DNA from: Lytechinus pictus
Lineage: Eukaryota
Assembly (NCBI RefSeq): GCF_037042905.1
Contig: NC_087251.1
Coordinates: forward strand, 22,322,001-22,386,000
DNA length: 64,000 nt
Direction of reading: 5' to 3'
The notes below the pieces were generated by a model that saw only the letters and a list, made by a program, of their open reading frames with translations, was not told the origin of the DNA and did no database searches. How positions within the stretch are numbered: position 1 is the first letter of the stretch; every line of letters begins with the position of its first letter. The position numbers were made by a program, and so were the translations under genes. Positions 62,133 through 64,000 of this stretch are shown here, piece by piece.

Positions 62133-63895
62133 TACCCCCATCTCACTAGATGGCGATTCCACTGCGATCGTCAAAAATCGACAAAGCGTGGTATAACGTA
62201 GCTTGATCGTGCCTTTATCTTTTCAATCTTCTCCGTCGTACCTTGATCTTTTCTGAAGCGGCAAGGATCGCCACCATCTTTTTGGTCGCCACAAAATTTG
62301 AACATGTTCAAAACTTACGTAGCGAGATCGCGGAGGTGCTAATACCCCCATCTCACTAGGAAGGCGATCGTGGAGACCATGGCGATCTGTGTAAATCCCG
62401 CAAATCGTAGCAGAATCTTCCTCGAATTCAATTTTTAGCCTGCGAGACGATTGCACTGCAACTTCTATGCGACCGACCTGCGCTGAAGGCGATGGTAATA
62501 CGCTGAAAGTACGACGATGCCACTTTCTTGCGACGATTCGAGGCAGATGTGATGCGCTGCTTCTGCGATCAAAGCGATCGTACAACGAGGCTCATACGCT
62601 AATTAGGACCTCGGTACGGTGGTGCTACGAATGAAGCGATTATGTTACGTTCATGATGGGCTCTTGAAACGATTTCAAGCAATCGGCATACTAATCGCGG
62701 CACATGACACATTTTTCAGTCGATTGCCAACCTCCGACCAACATGGATGTTCAGAATTTGGTTGGACTTATACATCTTGGCATTCTAAAAGAACATCAGT
62801 TAAAAGTTGAATGCGAGGACAGGAGAAGGAGGAGGCCAAAAAGATACAGGGTCCGATCCTGGCTGTCACCTAAGTCATAATATACAATATTTTTAAAATT
62901 TCATTCAAAAGATGTCGATGAGCCTAATAGTTAATATAAGGGATGCATCCAGAATTTCATAAAAGAGCATAAAAATCTTTGATATTCTGTTTATTTTTTT
63001 CCACAAAGTTTGTCACTCAAAAATATTTGGTAAATTCCTTTCAAATTTGCTGACAAGAAGTAGTCTACTGATGTGAGAGCACTCATAAAAAGGGAGGGGG
63101 AGGGGGGCACAATGCCAGAATCTCCCTAAAGATTGCCTTTCCCAATCAATACATTAGTGATCGAATCATTAACAAAATTTGATGTTGTCTACTGTCACTG
63201 TGGTTGGAGTTCAATTTATTTTCAAAACATAATCAATTTATTTATTTCTGCAGAGGTAACCCATTTCGTCATCAAGACATGTGAGCGTCTTTTTTTTCTC
63301 TTTCCAGCTGGCTCAGCAGTGAGATTTTCATCCTCCTCCTGTACCCCCTCCTCTTCCTCCTCTACCTCCTCCTCCTCTACCACCATGACCACCACATAAC
63401 CCCTTGATCTTCCTCTTCGACCGCCGGCCTAAGAGGGGTAGCTTGGGCAGCTTTCCCTTTTCTGGTCCTTTTTCTGGGAGGTATGTTTGAAAACGCCGTG
63501 GTATCGCCTCGTAATCTGTTGCAAATATGATAATCCGCCACCATCGGCACGGCGTTTTATAGCAGCGCGGACGGTTGTTGCGCAATCGCTGCCCAGTCAT
63601 CAGCGGCGCAGCAAAAGCGCAACGCGAACGCCTGTAGCGGGCTGAGAACGTGTGCCACATGCCACCCAAAGAAGGAAGCGTCGTGGTGGAAGCTGTGTGA
63701 AGCGTGTCGTAAGTTTTGAACATGTTCAAAATTTTGTGGCGACCATAAAGATGGTGGCGATCCTTGCCGCTTCAGAAAAGATCAAGGTACGACGGAAAAG
63801 ATTGAAAAGATCAAGGCACGATCAAGCTACGTTATACCACGCTTTGTCGATTTTTGACGATCGCAGTGGAATCGCCATCTAGTGAGATGGGGGTA
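62133..63895. mobile_element. Long-TIR DNA transposon derivative (Harbinger-like, tentative)
   Basis: About 185-bp inverted repeats (62133-62319 vs 63708-63895) starting TACCCCCATCTCACTAG; a second terminus at 62343. Confidence 0.8.
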
Positions 63896-64000
63896 TAAAG
63901 CGCATCACAATTGAGTCATGAGCGTATTACAAACGACATATTCGTAGCTGTAACGGAGCCCCAACGCATAAAGCGTAGTATAAGCGCATTAAAAGCGGCA

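Overview
AT-rich, intron-containing animal genomic DNA, most of it transposon-derived. An echinoid (sea-urchin-like) origin is inferred from the gene and the repeat style, not proven. I reconstructed one intact host gene by hand: a six-exon, + strand calmodulin/Spec-like four-EF-hand gene (ATG 16861 to TAA 39850, 157 aa). Its 13.6-kb intron 3 holds a hAT-type non-autonomous element (8-bp TSD). Nested in that element are a Ty3/Gypsy retrotransposon with very short identical LTRs and a full-length L1/Tx1 LINE. A second, 5'-truncated L1 lies at 5906-8480. The rest is tRNA-derived SINEs, many MITEs (hAT, 5-bp-TSD hAT-like, Tc1/mariner, Kolobok-like, Harbinger-like, CAC-ended), a Helentron-associated (HINE-like) tandem-repeat element, microsatellites and a weakly supported degenerate transcription unit at about 52-56 kb. 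The two most interesting observations are (1) the Gypsy primer-binding site is complementary to its own LTR rather than to a tRNA 3' end, suggesting Tf1-like self-priming in a non-chromovirus element, and (2) a near-perfect 72-nt tRNA cloverleaf with a UCA (opal) anticodon and a T6 terminator at 42369-42440.
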